A stretch of DNA of 15,430 nt from Acidobacteriota bacterium (GCA_049967655.1 JBMFSH010000051.1:1-15430), one strand, 5' to 3'; numbered from the stretch's first letter, positions 1 to 7,955 are shown. Numbers and translations: made by a program. Notes: generated from the sequence alone by a model not told the origin.

Positions 1-139
1 CCCGATGGGGCCCCACCTCTCCCTTGGCGCCATCTTCGCCTTCGGCTCGATGGCCCCCAATCCCTCAGTGGGTGTGATCTGTCGCGCCTTCCACGGCTAT
101 TCCCCTCCTCCATCGCGGGATTGGGGTCCCCGGCCCATC

Positions 140-168
140 TTGCGGCGGAGGCCGCTGAAGGCCATAAT
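140..168 (+). promoter_or_regulatory. Putative sigma70-type promoter for the M90 peptidase gene
   Basis: TTGCGG (140-145), 17-bp spacer, CATAAT (163-168); ATG at 177 with no Shine-Dalgarno. Confidence 0.5.
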
Positions 169-176
169 GCCAGCCC

Positions 177-959
177 ATGCTCATCCCCTGGACGAAGAAG
201 CAGCGCCGCAAGAAGCTCCTCTCCACCCCCTTTCCCCACACCCTGCGCCTGGCCGTCGAGCGCGACGCGGCCTTCTACCGTGGGCTCGCCTCGCGCGAGC
301 GGTCCAAGCTGGAGGAGGACCTTCGGATCCTCACGGCCGAGACGAGCTGGGAGGCCTGCGGGGGCCTCACCCTTACGGAGCCCATGAAGGTGGTCATCGC
401 CGCGCAGGCCTGCCTCCTGGTACTGAACCGATCCGTCGACGAGTTCTCGAACGTCCGCTCCATCCTGGTCTATCCGGAGGCCTACATCGCCCCCACCCGC
501 AAGCTCGACCGCCTGGGGATGGTGATGGAGGGCGAGCAGGCCCGGAGCGGTGAGGCATGGAGCCGCGGCACCGTGGTCCTCTCCTGGGCCGACGCCGAAC
601 AGGGCGGACGGTTCGGGTCGGGCGGGCGCAACCTCGTCCTCCACGAGTTCGCCCACCAGCTCGACATGGCTGACCACGTGGTGGACGGCACCCCCATCCT
701 GGACCAGAAAGAGGACTACGCCCGCTGGAAGTTCATTATGACGGCCGAATTCCAGAGGCTCCGCTCCCTGGTGGAGAGCGGAGGGGAGACCGTGCTCGAC
801 CCCTACGGAGCCACGGACGAGGCCGAATTCTTCGCCGTGGCGACGGAGCTGTTCTTCGAGCGGCCCACCTTCATGCGGACGCGGCGCCCGGCTCTCTACG
901 ACCTCCTGCTAAGCTATTACCGCCAAGATCCGGCGGAGAGGGAGGGGTCGGCTCCCTAG
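177..959 (+). CDS. Zinc-dependent peptidase, M90 family (MtfA-like)
   Basis: 260 aa; HExxH motif in NLVLHEFAHQLD, plus IAAQACLL, GEAW, LDPYGAT and EFFAVATELFFERP segments typical of MtfA/M90. Confidence 0.9.
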   Translation: MLIPWTKKQRRKKLLSTPFPHTLRLAVERDAAFYRGLASRERSKLEEDLRILTAETSWEACGGLTLTEPMKVVIAAQACLLVLNRSVDEFSNVRSILVYPEAYIAPTRKLDRLGMVMEGEQARSGEAWSRGTVVLSWADAEQGGRFGSGGRNLVLHEFAHQLDMADHVVDGTPILDQKEDYARWKFIMTAEFQRLRSLVESGGETVLDPYGATDEAEFFAVATELFFERPTFMRTRRPALYDLLLSYYRQDPAEREGSAP

Positions 960-994
960 CCCCCTCCCAGGGCTTCCCGATCCTGCGCGGCCAC

Positions 995-1022
995 TGGACT
1001 CCCTCGTGCTTCGTGCTATCTT
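995..1022 (+). promoter_or_regulatory. Putative extended -10 promoter
   Basis: TGGACT (995-1000), 16-bp spacer, TGn-TATCTT (1017-1022) in a locally AT-richer patch. Confidence 0.4.
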
Positions 1023-1066
1023 ATGACTACATAGCAGCGATGGGTCAGCCCGTTGGGAGGGAGGCC

Positions 1067-1909
1067 ATGCTCGGCAGGGGTGGAAGGCTGGGCTTCGCGG
1101 CCGGGATCGTGGTCGTTGCAACTGCGCTCGGCGCCGCGCTGGTAATTCAATACCGCTGCTACGCGCGGGAGAGGGCAAGGCTCCAGGAGATCCTTGACGA
1201 GGCCCGGGCACAGGCCAGCCAAGGCCGCGAGGCAAGGCGGCATCTCGATTCGATCTACCTGGAAATCGCCAGGACCGACGCGTCGCTGGCCGCCTTGCAG
1301 CGCAAGCTGCCCTCCCAGCCCAAGCTCAAGGAATTCGTTGAACTGCTGATGGAGGAGGCCGCCCAGCGCAAGCTGGAGGTGGCCATCGATCACATCGAGC
1401 GCGGGCAGGCCATACCTCACGTCCCCGGCTTCCAGCGCCACGAGTTCACGCTCCGGATGAAAGGGGACCTCGTCGAGGTGGCAACCGCCCTCGACCGATT
1501 GAGACAGGAGCGGGCCTTCACCCTGCGGAGCATTCGGCGGATGGAGACGGAGGCCGAGTTGCGGGTGGCGGTCCTCTCCTTCGAATGGGCTCCCGCGCCC
1601 TCCGCGTCCGCCCCCCCGAGCCCCATCGATTCGGGCGGTCCCTTCCTCTGGCCGTACAGCCGGAGGATCGCCTCGCTTCGCGAGCGCTGCCGCCTCGCTC
1701 GGGCCGAGGCCGGGGAGTACCGTTGGGAGATCGCCAAAGCGCAGGAACTGGCCGACAAGAGAAAACTCCTCGATTACATCGAGACCGTCCTGGCGGGGCT
1801 CGAGGCGGAGGAGCCCGCGGGCGACGAGGAACCGGGCAGGACCGTCTCGCGCCCCGATCCGCCCGTTGCCGAGCCGCTCTCCCGGGACGCTCCCACTCGG
1901 CGTGCCTGA
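1067..1909 (+). CDS. Membrane-anchored coiled-coil protein with PilO/GspM-like domain
   Basis: GGGAGG RBS before ATG 1067; one N-terminal TM helix, a coiled coil, then LQRKLPSQPKLKEFVELL and FTLRMKGD...LDRL resembling PilO. Confidence 0.55.
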   Translation: MLGRGGRLGFAAGIVVVATALGAALVIQYRCYARERARLQEILDEARAQASQGREARRHLDSIYLEIARTDASLAALQRKLPSQPKLKEFVELLMEEAAQRKLEVAIDHIERGQAIPHVPGFQRHEFTLRMKGDLVEVATALDRLRQERAFTLRSIRRMETEAELRVAVLSFEWAPAPSASAPPSPIDSGGPFLWPYSRRIASLRERCRLARAEAGEYRWEIAKAQELADKRKLLDYIETVLAGLEAEEPAGDEEPGRTVSRPDPPVAEPLSRDAPTRRA

Positions 1910-1970
1910 CCTCCGACCTTCACGGCCTCGGTCGTCGCGGACCGGAAGCGAGAGCTGGGAGCTCGCGCCC

Positions 1971-1999
1971 TTGACTCTCCGGTTGGAGCGCCGCAGGAT
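1971..1999 (+). promoter_or_regulatory. Putative sigma70-type promoter for the Nudix gene
   Basis: TTGACT (1971-1976), 17-bp spacer, CAGGAT (1994-1999); GGAGG RBS at 2022-2026. Confidence 0.45.
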
Positions 2000-2032
2000 G
2001 GACCGGGCGGCGACGGCCTTCGGAGGGCACCG

Positions 2033-2572
2033 GTGGCGCAGGATCCCCACGGAGAATTGATTCTGGCGGCCTCGCTCATCCCCATCTTCCGACGGGAGGA
2101 CGGAGAGCTTGCGGTGGTCCTCGTGCGGCGCACCGAGTGGGGCATCCACGGCGGCCAGCTCGCCTTTCCAGGCGGCAAACACGAGCCCCAAGACGGGATC
2201 ATGCTGGAGACGGCCCTGCGCGAGGCCTGGGAGGAGATCGGCCTGCCCCGAGAGGCGGTGACGCCCCTGGCCGCCCTGCCGCCTCTGGCCACGGTCTCCA
2301 CCGGCTTCCTCATCCATCCCTTCCTGGCCCGCATCCGCCGCCCGGCCCAGTGGCATCGCCAGGAGCGAGAAATCGCCGAGATCCTCGAGGTGGGGCTTCG
2401 CGATCTCCTCCTGCCCGAGGCCCAGGGCGAGGAGGTGCTCCAGTTCCCCGCCTGGCCCGAGCCTCGGCGCTTCCCCTTCACCCGCATCGGGCCCCACAAG
2501 CTCTGGGGCGCCACCCACCGCATCCTGACCCCCCTACTGCCGCGCCTGCTCCAGGGGGAGTGGGAGATCTGA
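2033..2572 (+). CDS. Nudix hydrolase, CoA pyrophosphatase (NudL/YeaB-like)
   Basis: GTG start with RBS; HGGQLAFPGG followed by Nudix box TALREAWEEIGL; C-terminal LWGAT typical of CoA pyrophosphatases. Confidence 0.9.
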   Translation: MAQDPHGELILAASLIPIFRREDGELAVVLVRRTEWGIHGGQLAFPGGKHEPQDGIMLETALREAWEEIGLPREAVTPLAALPPLATVSTGFLIHPFLARIRRPAQWHRQEREIAEILEVGLRDLLLPEAQGEEVLQFPAWPEPRRFPFTRIGPHKLWGATHRILTPLLPRLLQGEWEI

Positions 2573-2644
2573 ACCGCGGGAGGGGCCCGCGGCGGCCGTG
2601 CCGGACTGCCGCGGAGCGGCACCGTCCCCCGACCACCTCGCTCT

Positions 2645-2780
2645 CTCCTCGCGGAGAAGGGCTGGCTGGACTTGCGCCGCTTCGGCGAGCTCATAGGCCG
2701 AGGCCGGCGCCGGGGGACTGGAGCAACGTGCCCTCGCCGCAGAGCTGCGCGGGCTTGCCGACGGGCTGACAGAACGGTAG
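2645..2780 (+). pseudogene. Remnant of a GntR (YtrA-type) transcriptional regulator
   Basis: Hand translation gives LLAEKGWLDLRRFGELI (2645-2695), a +1 shift, then AEAGAGGLEQRALAAELRGLADGLTER* (2697-2780); no start codon and no N-terminal HTH. Confidence 0.55.
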
Positions 2781-2838
2781 AAAGTGGTTTGGTCGGCCTC
2801 AAGCAGGATAGGACCGGGATAGGACAAGGAGGACGCTC

Positions 2839-4272
2839 ATGAGAAAAGGATGGTGCGGATCACTGGGCGCAGTGGCATGGATAGGCATTCTTCTCACTTT
2901 TGCGGCCCCTTCGGGGGATTGGGCGCAGGAAGCGGTGCCGACGCTGGCGCCGCCCCCGTCCGTCGCAGGGATCTGGGAGGGCACGCTGGAAGCGGGCGGC
3001 CAACACCTACGGATCGTTTTTCACATCAGTCAGGCTCCGAAGGGCGGCCTGTCGGCCACCATGGACAGCCCGGACCAGGGGGCCACGGGCATTCCCGTGA
3101 GCGACGTCACCTTCGAGAAGGGCAGGCTCCACCTTTCGGTGGAAGAGGTGAACGGGAGCTACTTCGCAGAGCTGGGGAAGGATGGCACACTCCAAGGCAC
3201 CTGGAGCCAGAACGGCGCCATTCTGCCATTGAACCTCCGCCGCGTGGAGAGCGCTCCCCTCCTCGCCCGGCCCCAGGAGCCCAAGCCGCCCTTCCCCTAC
3301 GCGGTTCGTGAGGTCACCTACGCCGGCGGCTCGCCCGGCGTCACCCTGGCGGGCACCCTCACCCTGCCCGAGGGCAAGGGCCCCTTCCCCGCCGTCCTGC
3401 TCCTGGCGGGCTCCGGTCCCCTGGACCGCGATGAGGCGCTCTTCGGCCACAAGCCCTTCCTCGTGCTCGCCGACTTCCTCACGCGCCAGGGCGTGGCCGT
3501 CTTGCGCTTCGACAAGCGCGGCGTGGGACAGTCCACGGGGGACCGAGCCCAGGCCACGGACGACGACTACACGAAGGACGCCCTGGCGGGCCTCGCCTTC
3601 CTCCGCTCCCAGAAGGAGGTCAACCCCAAAGCCGTGGGCCTCATCGGCCACAGCGAGGGCGCCATCGAGGCGGTGAAGGCCGCGGGCCGGTCCACCGACG
3701 TGGCCTTCATCGTTCTGCTGGGCGGGCCGGGCCTGCCGGGCGCCCGGATCCTCGAAGACCAGATCGCGGCCATGGACAAGGCAGCGGGGGCCACGCCCGA
3801 GCAGGTGGCGCAGGCCGTCGCCGTGGAGAAGCAGATCCTCTCCGCGGTCCAGAAGCAGCCCGACGACGCCAAGGCCTCCGCCGAGATCCGGACGATTCTG
3901 CGCAAGGAGCAGCCCGAACTCAAGGGGCAGGCCCTCGACCGGCAGGTCCAGATGGCGACCTCTCCCTGGTTCCGGCAGTTCATCGCCTACGACCCCAGGC
4001 CCGACATCGAGAAGGTGAAGTGCCCCGTGCTCGCCCTCGGCGGAGAAGAGGACCTCCAGGTCCCCGCCATGGAGAACCTGCTCGCCATCCGAGGGGCCCT
4101 GCAGAAGGGCGGCAACCAGCGCTACACCGTGAAGATGCTGCCGGGGCTCAACCACCTCTTCCAGGAGGCCTCCACGGGGCTGCCCGCGGAGTACGGGCGG
4201 ATCGCGCAGACCTTCTCCCCCGACGCGCTCAAGCTCATCGGCTCGTGGATTCTCCAGCAGACGCAGAAGTGA
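2839..4272 (+). CDS. Secreted alpha/beta-fold serine hydrolase with extra N-terminal domain
   Basis: AAGGAGG RBS; signal-peptide-like N-terminus; GSGPLDRDE, LRFDKRGVG, nucleophile GHSEG, acid DLQVP, base LNHLFQ. Confidence 0.9.
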   Translation: MRKGWCGSLGAVAWIGILLTFAAPSGDWAQEAVPTLAPPPSVAGIWEGTLEAGGQHLRIVFHISQAPKGGLSATMDSPDQGATGIPVSDVTFEKGRLHLSVEEVNGSYFAELGKDGTLQGTWSQNGAILPLNLRRVESAPLLARPQEPKPPFPYAVREVTYAGGSPGVTLAGTLTLPEGKGPFPAVLLLAGSGPLDRDEALFGHKPFLVLADFLTRQGVAVLRFDKRGVGQSTGDRAQATDDDYTKDALAGLAFLRSQKEVNPKAVGLIGHSEGAIEAVKAAGRSTDVAFIVLLGGPGLPGARILEDQIAAMDKAAGATPEQVAQAVAVEKQILSAVQKQPDDAKASAEIRTILRKEQPELKGQALDRQVQMATSPWFRQFIAYDPRPDIEKVKCPVLALGGEEDLQVPAMENLLAIRGALQKGGNQRYTVKMLPGLNHLFQEASTGLPAEYGRIAQTFSPDALKLIGSWILQQTQK

Positions 4273-4273
4273 C

Positions 4274-4734
4274 GTGCCGATCGCGCTCTTGCTGGCCGGA
4301 CTTCCCCCGACGGTCGTGATGGTCGTGATGGCCCTCGCGCTCCCCCACTGGAGCCACCGGGGTCTCTTCTTCGGTGTGACGGTGGGGGCGGAGTTCGCCC
4401 CCACCGCCCAGAGGCGGGCCATCCTGCGCGGTTACCGCGGCACCGTGGCGGTCACGGGCCTCCTCGCCTTGGCCATGGCCTCGGCCGCCTTCTGGCATCT
4501 GCTCTGGCTTTCCTTGGCCGCCCCCTTCGTTGCGGCGGCCGGCATGCTGGCGGGATACCTCCGCACCCACCACGCCGCGCTGGCCCACGCCGCTGCCCCC
4601 GAGACGCTCCGGGAGGCCTCCCTCCGCGTGCGTCGCGAGCGCCTGCCGGGCGGGAGGGACAAGCTGTGCCCTTCCTCATCCTGGCCTCCGCCGGCCTCTA
4701 CGTGGCCCACCATTGGAGCGAGCTGCCGGCGCGC
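4274..4734 (+). pseudogene. Truncated, frameshifted DUF1648/DUF5808-like membrane protein
   Basis: GTG 1 nt after the hydrolase stop; GLFFGVTV, several TM helices, REASL...RLPGG; continues in another frame from about 4668 as PFLILASAGLYVAHHWSELPAR, then breaks off. Confidence 0.65.
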
Positions 4735-5342
4735 GGAGGAGCAGGCCCGGGAGAGCGTACGGAAGCTGGAACGGCTTCTGGACGAGACGGTTCAGGCCCT
4801 CGTCGCGGTGGTGGAAGCCAAGGATCCCTACACCAGCGGCCACCAGCGCCGCGTCGTGCGGATCGCGGCGGCCATGGCCGAAGAGATGAGCCTCGCGCCC
4901 GAGAGGATCCGGGACTTGCGCGTGGCCGGCCTCCTCCACGACATCGGCAAGATCCAGGTGCCCGCCGAGATCCTCGCCAAGCCGGGAAGCCTCAGCGCGG
5001 CCGAGAAGAGCATCATCCAGACCCACAGCGAGGTGGGCTACCGGCTCCTGAAGGGCATCTCCTTCGAGGGACCCGTGGCGGAGATCGTCCTGCAGCCACG
5101 AGCGCATGGACGGCTCGGGCTATCCCTCGGGCCTCCGGGGCGGCGAGATCCTGCTGGAGGCCCGGATCCTGGGCGTGGCCGACGTGGTGGAGGCCATCTC
5201 CAGCCACCGCCCCTACCGGCCGGCCTTCGGTATCCACTACGTCCTCTCCGAGATCGAGTCCCTCTCGGGCTCGGCTTACGACCCCGCCGTCGCCAGAGCC
5301 TGCCTCTCGCTCTTCCGGGACAAGGGCTTCTCGATCGACTAG
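4727..5342 (+). pseudogene. HD-GYP phosphodiesterase domain, N-terminally truncated and frameshifted
   Basis: KDPYTSGHQRRV, LLHDIGKI, KPGSL, IVLQ, frameshift at about 5096 (CAG C CAC GAG CGC), then HERMDGSGYP, VADVVEAISSHRPYRP; stop at 5342. Confidence 0.85.
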
Positions 5343-5448
5343 CCGGAACGCCGTGAGCTCCTCTGGCTTCGCCGGTTCTGTTGGCGGCATCCTCCTCGCC
5401 ACACTGCATTTTTGTACAGCAGTGAGGGGCTGGAGGGAGTGATTCCCC

Positions 5449-5688
5449 TTACAAAGCCGGAGGGCGCCGGTGCCACTCCGCGCCGAAGAGCGCGAAGGCG
5501 GCGCCCGACGGCCCGCCGGAGCCCCGACCGAGGAGGATGCCGAAGAGCGATAGGGCCCAGAGGCCTGCTCCCGCGGCCGCGAGCCACCGCCTCGGCACGC
5601 GCCGCGTCAGGGCCGGCACCGAGAGGGCTCGCCCGAGGACATAGAGGCTCATGAGGGTCAAGGCGGTCAGGAGCATGATGCCGAACAT
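5449..5688 (-). pseudogene. Probable N-terminal membrane fragment of a metallophosphoesterase (YkuE-like)
   Basis: GGGGGAGG RBS plus ATG, 25 nt after the MFS stop; hydrophobic MFGIMLLTALTLMSLYVLGRALSVP...WLAAAGAGLWAL...FGAEW resembles the TM N-terminus of this family; no catalytic domain follows. Confidence 0.5.
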
Positions 5689-5713
5689 GTCGCCTCCCCC
5701 GTGGAAGTTCCGG

Positions 5714-6901
5714 TCAACCTCGGTCGCTGCCGGTTCGTGAAAAGGAGGTCCCGGGCCTCAGGAGGAGTTGCGCCGAGAACGAGACCACTCCCAATCCCAC
5801 GATTAGCCATCCCATTCCCGCCAGGCCCGCACCCGCCGTGAGCAGGAGGCCCGCCGCCAGCGGACCGAAGCCCTGGGAGAGGCCGATGAGGGTCTCGTGG
5901 ATGGCGCCCTGCCGGGCGTTGTCGGCATCGGGCGTGGCCAGGCCGTAGAAAAGGGCGAAGGTGTAGGGAACCGCGTAGGCGACGCCGCCCAAGGCCACCG
6001 TCAGGGCGAAGAGGGCCGGAGCGCGCGCGGTGGCCAGGGAGGCGCCAAAGAGGAGCAGGGCCCCTCCGCTGAGGAGGGCGCAGAGCCTCGGCCGGCCGAT
6101 CCAGAAGCGCGTGGGGAGGAGCACCAGAAAGGTCAGGAAGACGCCGACGTTGCCGAAGGCCGTGATGAAGCCCACCTCCGCCAGCGGCACACCCGACGAC
6201 GATAGCAGCTTGGGGTAGAGGAGCATGGTCCCCACGAAGGCCAAGCTCCCCTGGAGCAGGGCGGCCCTCGCCCCCAGGCGCAGACGCTTGAGCACGGCCC
6301 CCTCCAGGGGCGGCGGCACGGGCCCCGAGAAGCCCGCCGGGGAGGGCCTGGGCAGCGCCTCGCCGTGGCGGCGCCAGTGGCCCCAGAGGGCGGCGGCCCC
6401 GGCCAGGCAGAGGGCCATCCCTCCGGCGAAGACCAGCGCCGGGCTCTTCTGGATGAGCCAGGGGCCGAAGAGCATCCCCACGATGTTCCCGCTGCTCCAG
6501 CTCAGGGAGAAGCGCGCCGTGGTGCTGAAGGGGTGCACCCCCACCTTGGCCTCCTCGTGGGAGAGCAGCCCCTCCACCGAGGGGTAGAAGAAGCCGAAGA
6601 AGACGAGGACCAGACAGGCCGTGGGGAGGAGCATCCAGGGCCCCGTCCAGAAGAAGCCCGTGGGCAGGACGCAGGCCAGGGCCAGAAAGCCCGCCGCCAG
6701 GGGCCGCTTGAAGCCGATCCGGTCGCCCAGGTGGCCGAGCAGGAGGGCCGAGGCCACGTAGGCCATGTAGGCCGCGAAGTTCAGCAGGCCCACCGAGGCG
6801 TAGCTCATGGACCACGCCGCGGCGCGCGTGTTCCACGCCGCGATGAGCAGCCACAGGAGCACGGAGAAGAGAAAGACGATGACGTGCACCAGTCCGAACA
6901 C
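5714..6901 (-). CDS. MFS transporter
   Basis: 395 aa with about 12 hydrophobic segments; motif A GHLGDRIGFKR; GGGAGG RBS before GTG. Confidence 0.88.
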   Translation of the reverse strand: MFGLVHVIVFLFSVLLWLLIAAWNTRAAAWSMSYASVGLLNFAAYMAYVASALLLGHLGDRIGFKRPLAAGFLALACVLPTGFFWTGPWMLLPTACLVLVFFGFFYPSVEGLLSHEEAKVGVHPFSTTARFSLSWSSGNIVGMLFGPWLIQKSPALVFAGGMALCLAGAAALWGHWRRHGEALPRPSPAGFSGPVPPPLEGAVLKRLRLGARAALLQGSLAFVGTMLLYPKLLSSSGVPLAEVGFITAFGNVGVFLTFLVLLPTRFWIGRPRLCALLSGGALLLFGASLATARAPALFALTVALGGVAYAVPYTFALFYGLATPDADNARQGAIHETLIGLSQGFGPLAAGLLLTAGAGLAGMGWLIVGLGVVSFSAQLLLRPGTSFSRTGSDRG

Positions 6902-6947
6902 GGCGCCTCCCGGCAGGCCATCCTACCCCGTCGCAGGCCGGTCTGGA

Positions 6948-6976
6948 AGAAGCGTCGCCGACAGAAGCGTCGCCGA
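6948..6976. repeat. Perfect 14-bp tandem direct repeat (period 15)
   Basis: AGAAGCGTCGCCGA at 6948-6961 and 6963-6976 in the divergent MFS/cupin intergenic region. Confidence 0.9.
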
Positions 6977-7105
6977 AGACCGTCCGGCTCTTATCCAGCG
7001 AACTTCCGCCCTGCCCTGGTGGTAAGCTGAAAGGGAGGAGGAGGGAACACGTCAACAGGGCTCGCCTCGGTGAGGTGGAAGTCGTTTCAAATGAGGAGCA
7101 CGGCC

Positions 7106-7456
7106 ATGAAGATCGTCCGTCTGGACCAGGTTCCGAAGGCGCCGTTCACCATGGAGGGCGCCCGCGGCATCACGAAGCAGGTCCCGCTGTCGCGAAACGA
7201 CGGGGCACCGACCTTCTCCTTCCGGGTCTTCACCCTCGAACCGGGAGGCTTCACCCCTTACCACCGGCACGATTCGGAGCACCTCAACTACATCATCGAA
7301 GGGGAGGGAGCCCTGGTCACGGAGAGCGGGGAGGAGCGGCCCGTGAGGGCCGGTGATTTCGTGCTGGTCCTCCCCCAGGAGAAGCACCAGTACCGGAACC
7401 GCTCGTCAGACCGCCCCTTCGTCATGATCTGCGCCGTGCCCAAGGAGTACGAATAG
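7106..7456 (+). CDS. Cupin domain protein (Cupin_2)
   Basis: GAGGAG RBS; 116 aa; metal motifs TPYHRHDSEHLNYIIEGEG and AGDFVLVLPQEKHQYRN. Confidence 0.9.
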   Translation: MKIVRLDQVPKAPFTMEGARGITKQVPLSRNDGAPTFSFRVFTLEPGGFTPYHRHDSEHLNYIIEGEGALVTESGEERPVRAGDFVLVLPQEKHQYRNRSSDRPFVMICAVPKEYE

Positions 7457-7602
7457 GGTTCCGAAGGACCTCTCCTCGATTCCGCGATCGAATGGCGCGC
7501 GTAGGAGCGCCGCCCCGGACACGGCCGGCTGTTCCGGGCAATCCCCCCACGACCTCGCGCTCATCCGCGTTCCCATCGCGGAATTTGGGGAATCGGATCC
7601 CC
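7456..7602. other. Long imperfect inverted-repeat (rod-like) element
   Basis: GATTCCGCGAT (7478-7488) pairs with ATCGCGGAATT (7575-7585); nested stems 7497-7505/7553-7560 and 7514-7519/7533-7538. Confidence 0.45.
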
Positions 7603-7609
7603 TTGCCAT

Positions 7610-7638
7610 TCGACACGCGCCATGGTTTGTGCTAGAGT
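7610..7638 (+). promoter_or_regulatory. Sigma70-type promoter of the cold-shock gene
   Basis: TCGACA (7610-7615), 17-bp spacer, TGTGn-TAGAGT (7633-7638), followed by an AT-rich leader. Confidence 0.65.
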
Positions 7639-7698
7639 TCAAATGCACACTTTAACAAGCGGTTTGTTGAAGTGGATGTGAATACCAAGGAGTGCGTT

Positions 7699-7905
7699 GT
7701 GGTCAACGGAATCGTAAAGTGGTTCGACGACAAGAAGGGCTACGGCTTCATCACGGTCGAGGGCGGCAAGGATGCCTTCGTCCATCACAGCAACATCGAG
7801 GGCACCGGCTTCAAGACCTTGTCCGAGGGACAAAAGGTCACCTGCGTGATCACCCAGGGCGCCAAGGGCCCCCAGGCTGAGCAGGTCCGCGTAGTGAACG
7901 ACTGA
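7699..7905 (+). CDS. csp: Cold-shock protein, CspA family
   Basis: AAGGAG RBS then GTG 7699; 68 aa; GIVKWF, RNP1 KGYGFI, RNP2 AFVHHS, GFKTL, KGPQA. Confidence 0.96.
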   Translation: MVNGIVKWFDDKKGYGFITVEGGKDAFVHHSNIEGTGFKTLSEGQKVTCVITQGAKGPQAEQVRVVND

Positions 7906-7931
7906 CCTGCGAGCCATCCAGGAAGCTGTTC

Positions 7932-7955
7932 AAGGGGCCTTCGGGCCCCTTTTTT
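7932..7955 (+). terminator. Rho-independent terminator of csp
   Basis: AAGGGGCC-TTCG-GGCCCCTT stem with C(UUCG)G loop followed by a T tract. Confidence 0.92.

Noticed and set aside
1..113. Minus-strand short ORF with in-frame TGA followed by a hairpin (possible selenoprotein)
   Set aside because: Cut by the window edge; no Cys/Sec-type motif and the read-through sequence resembles no known family
2574..2592. Hairpin CCGCGGG/CCCGCGG after the Nudix stop as a terminator
   Set aside because: No T tract; insufficient support for an intrinsic terminator
5090..5110. Programmed ribosomal frameshift in HD-GYP
   Set aside because: No slippery heptamer, and a conserved His codon is physically missing
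6948..6976. Repeat pair as a CRISPR remnant
   Set aside because: Only two 14-bp units separated by 1 nt; no spacers or cas genes
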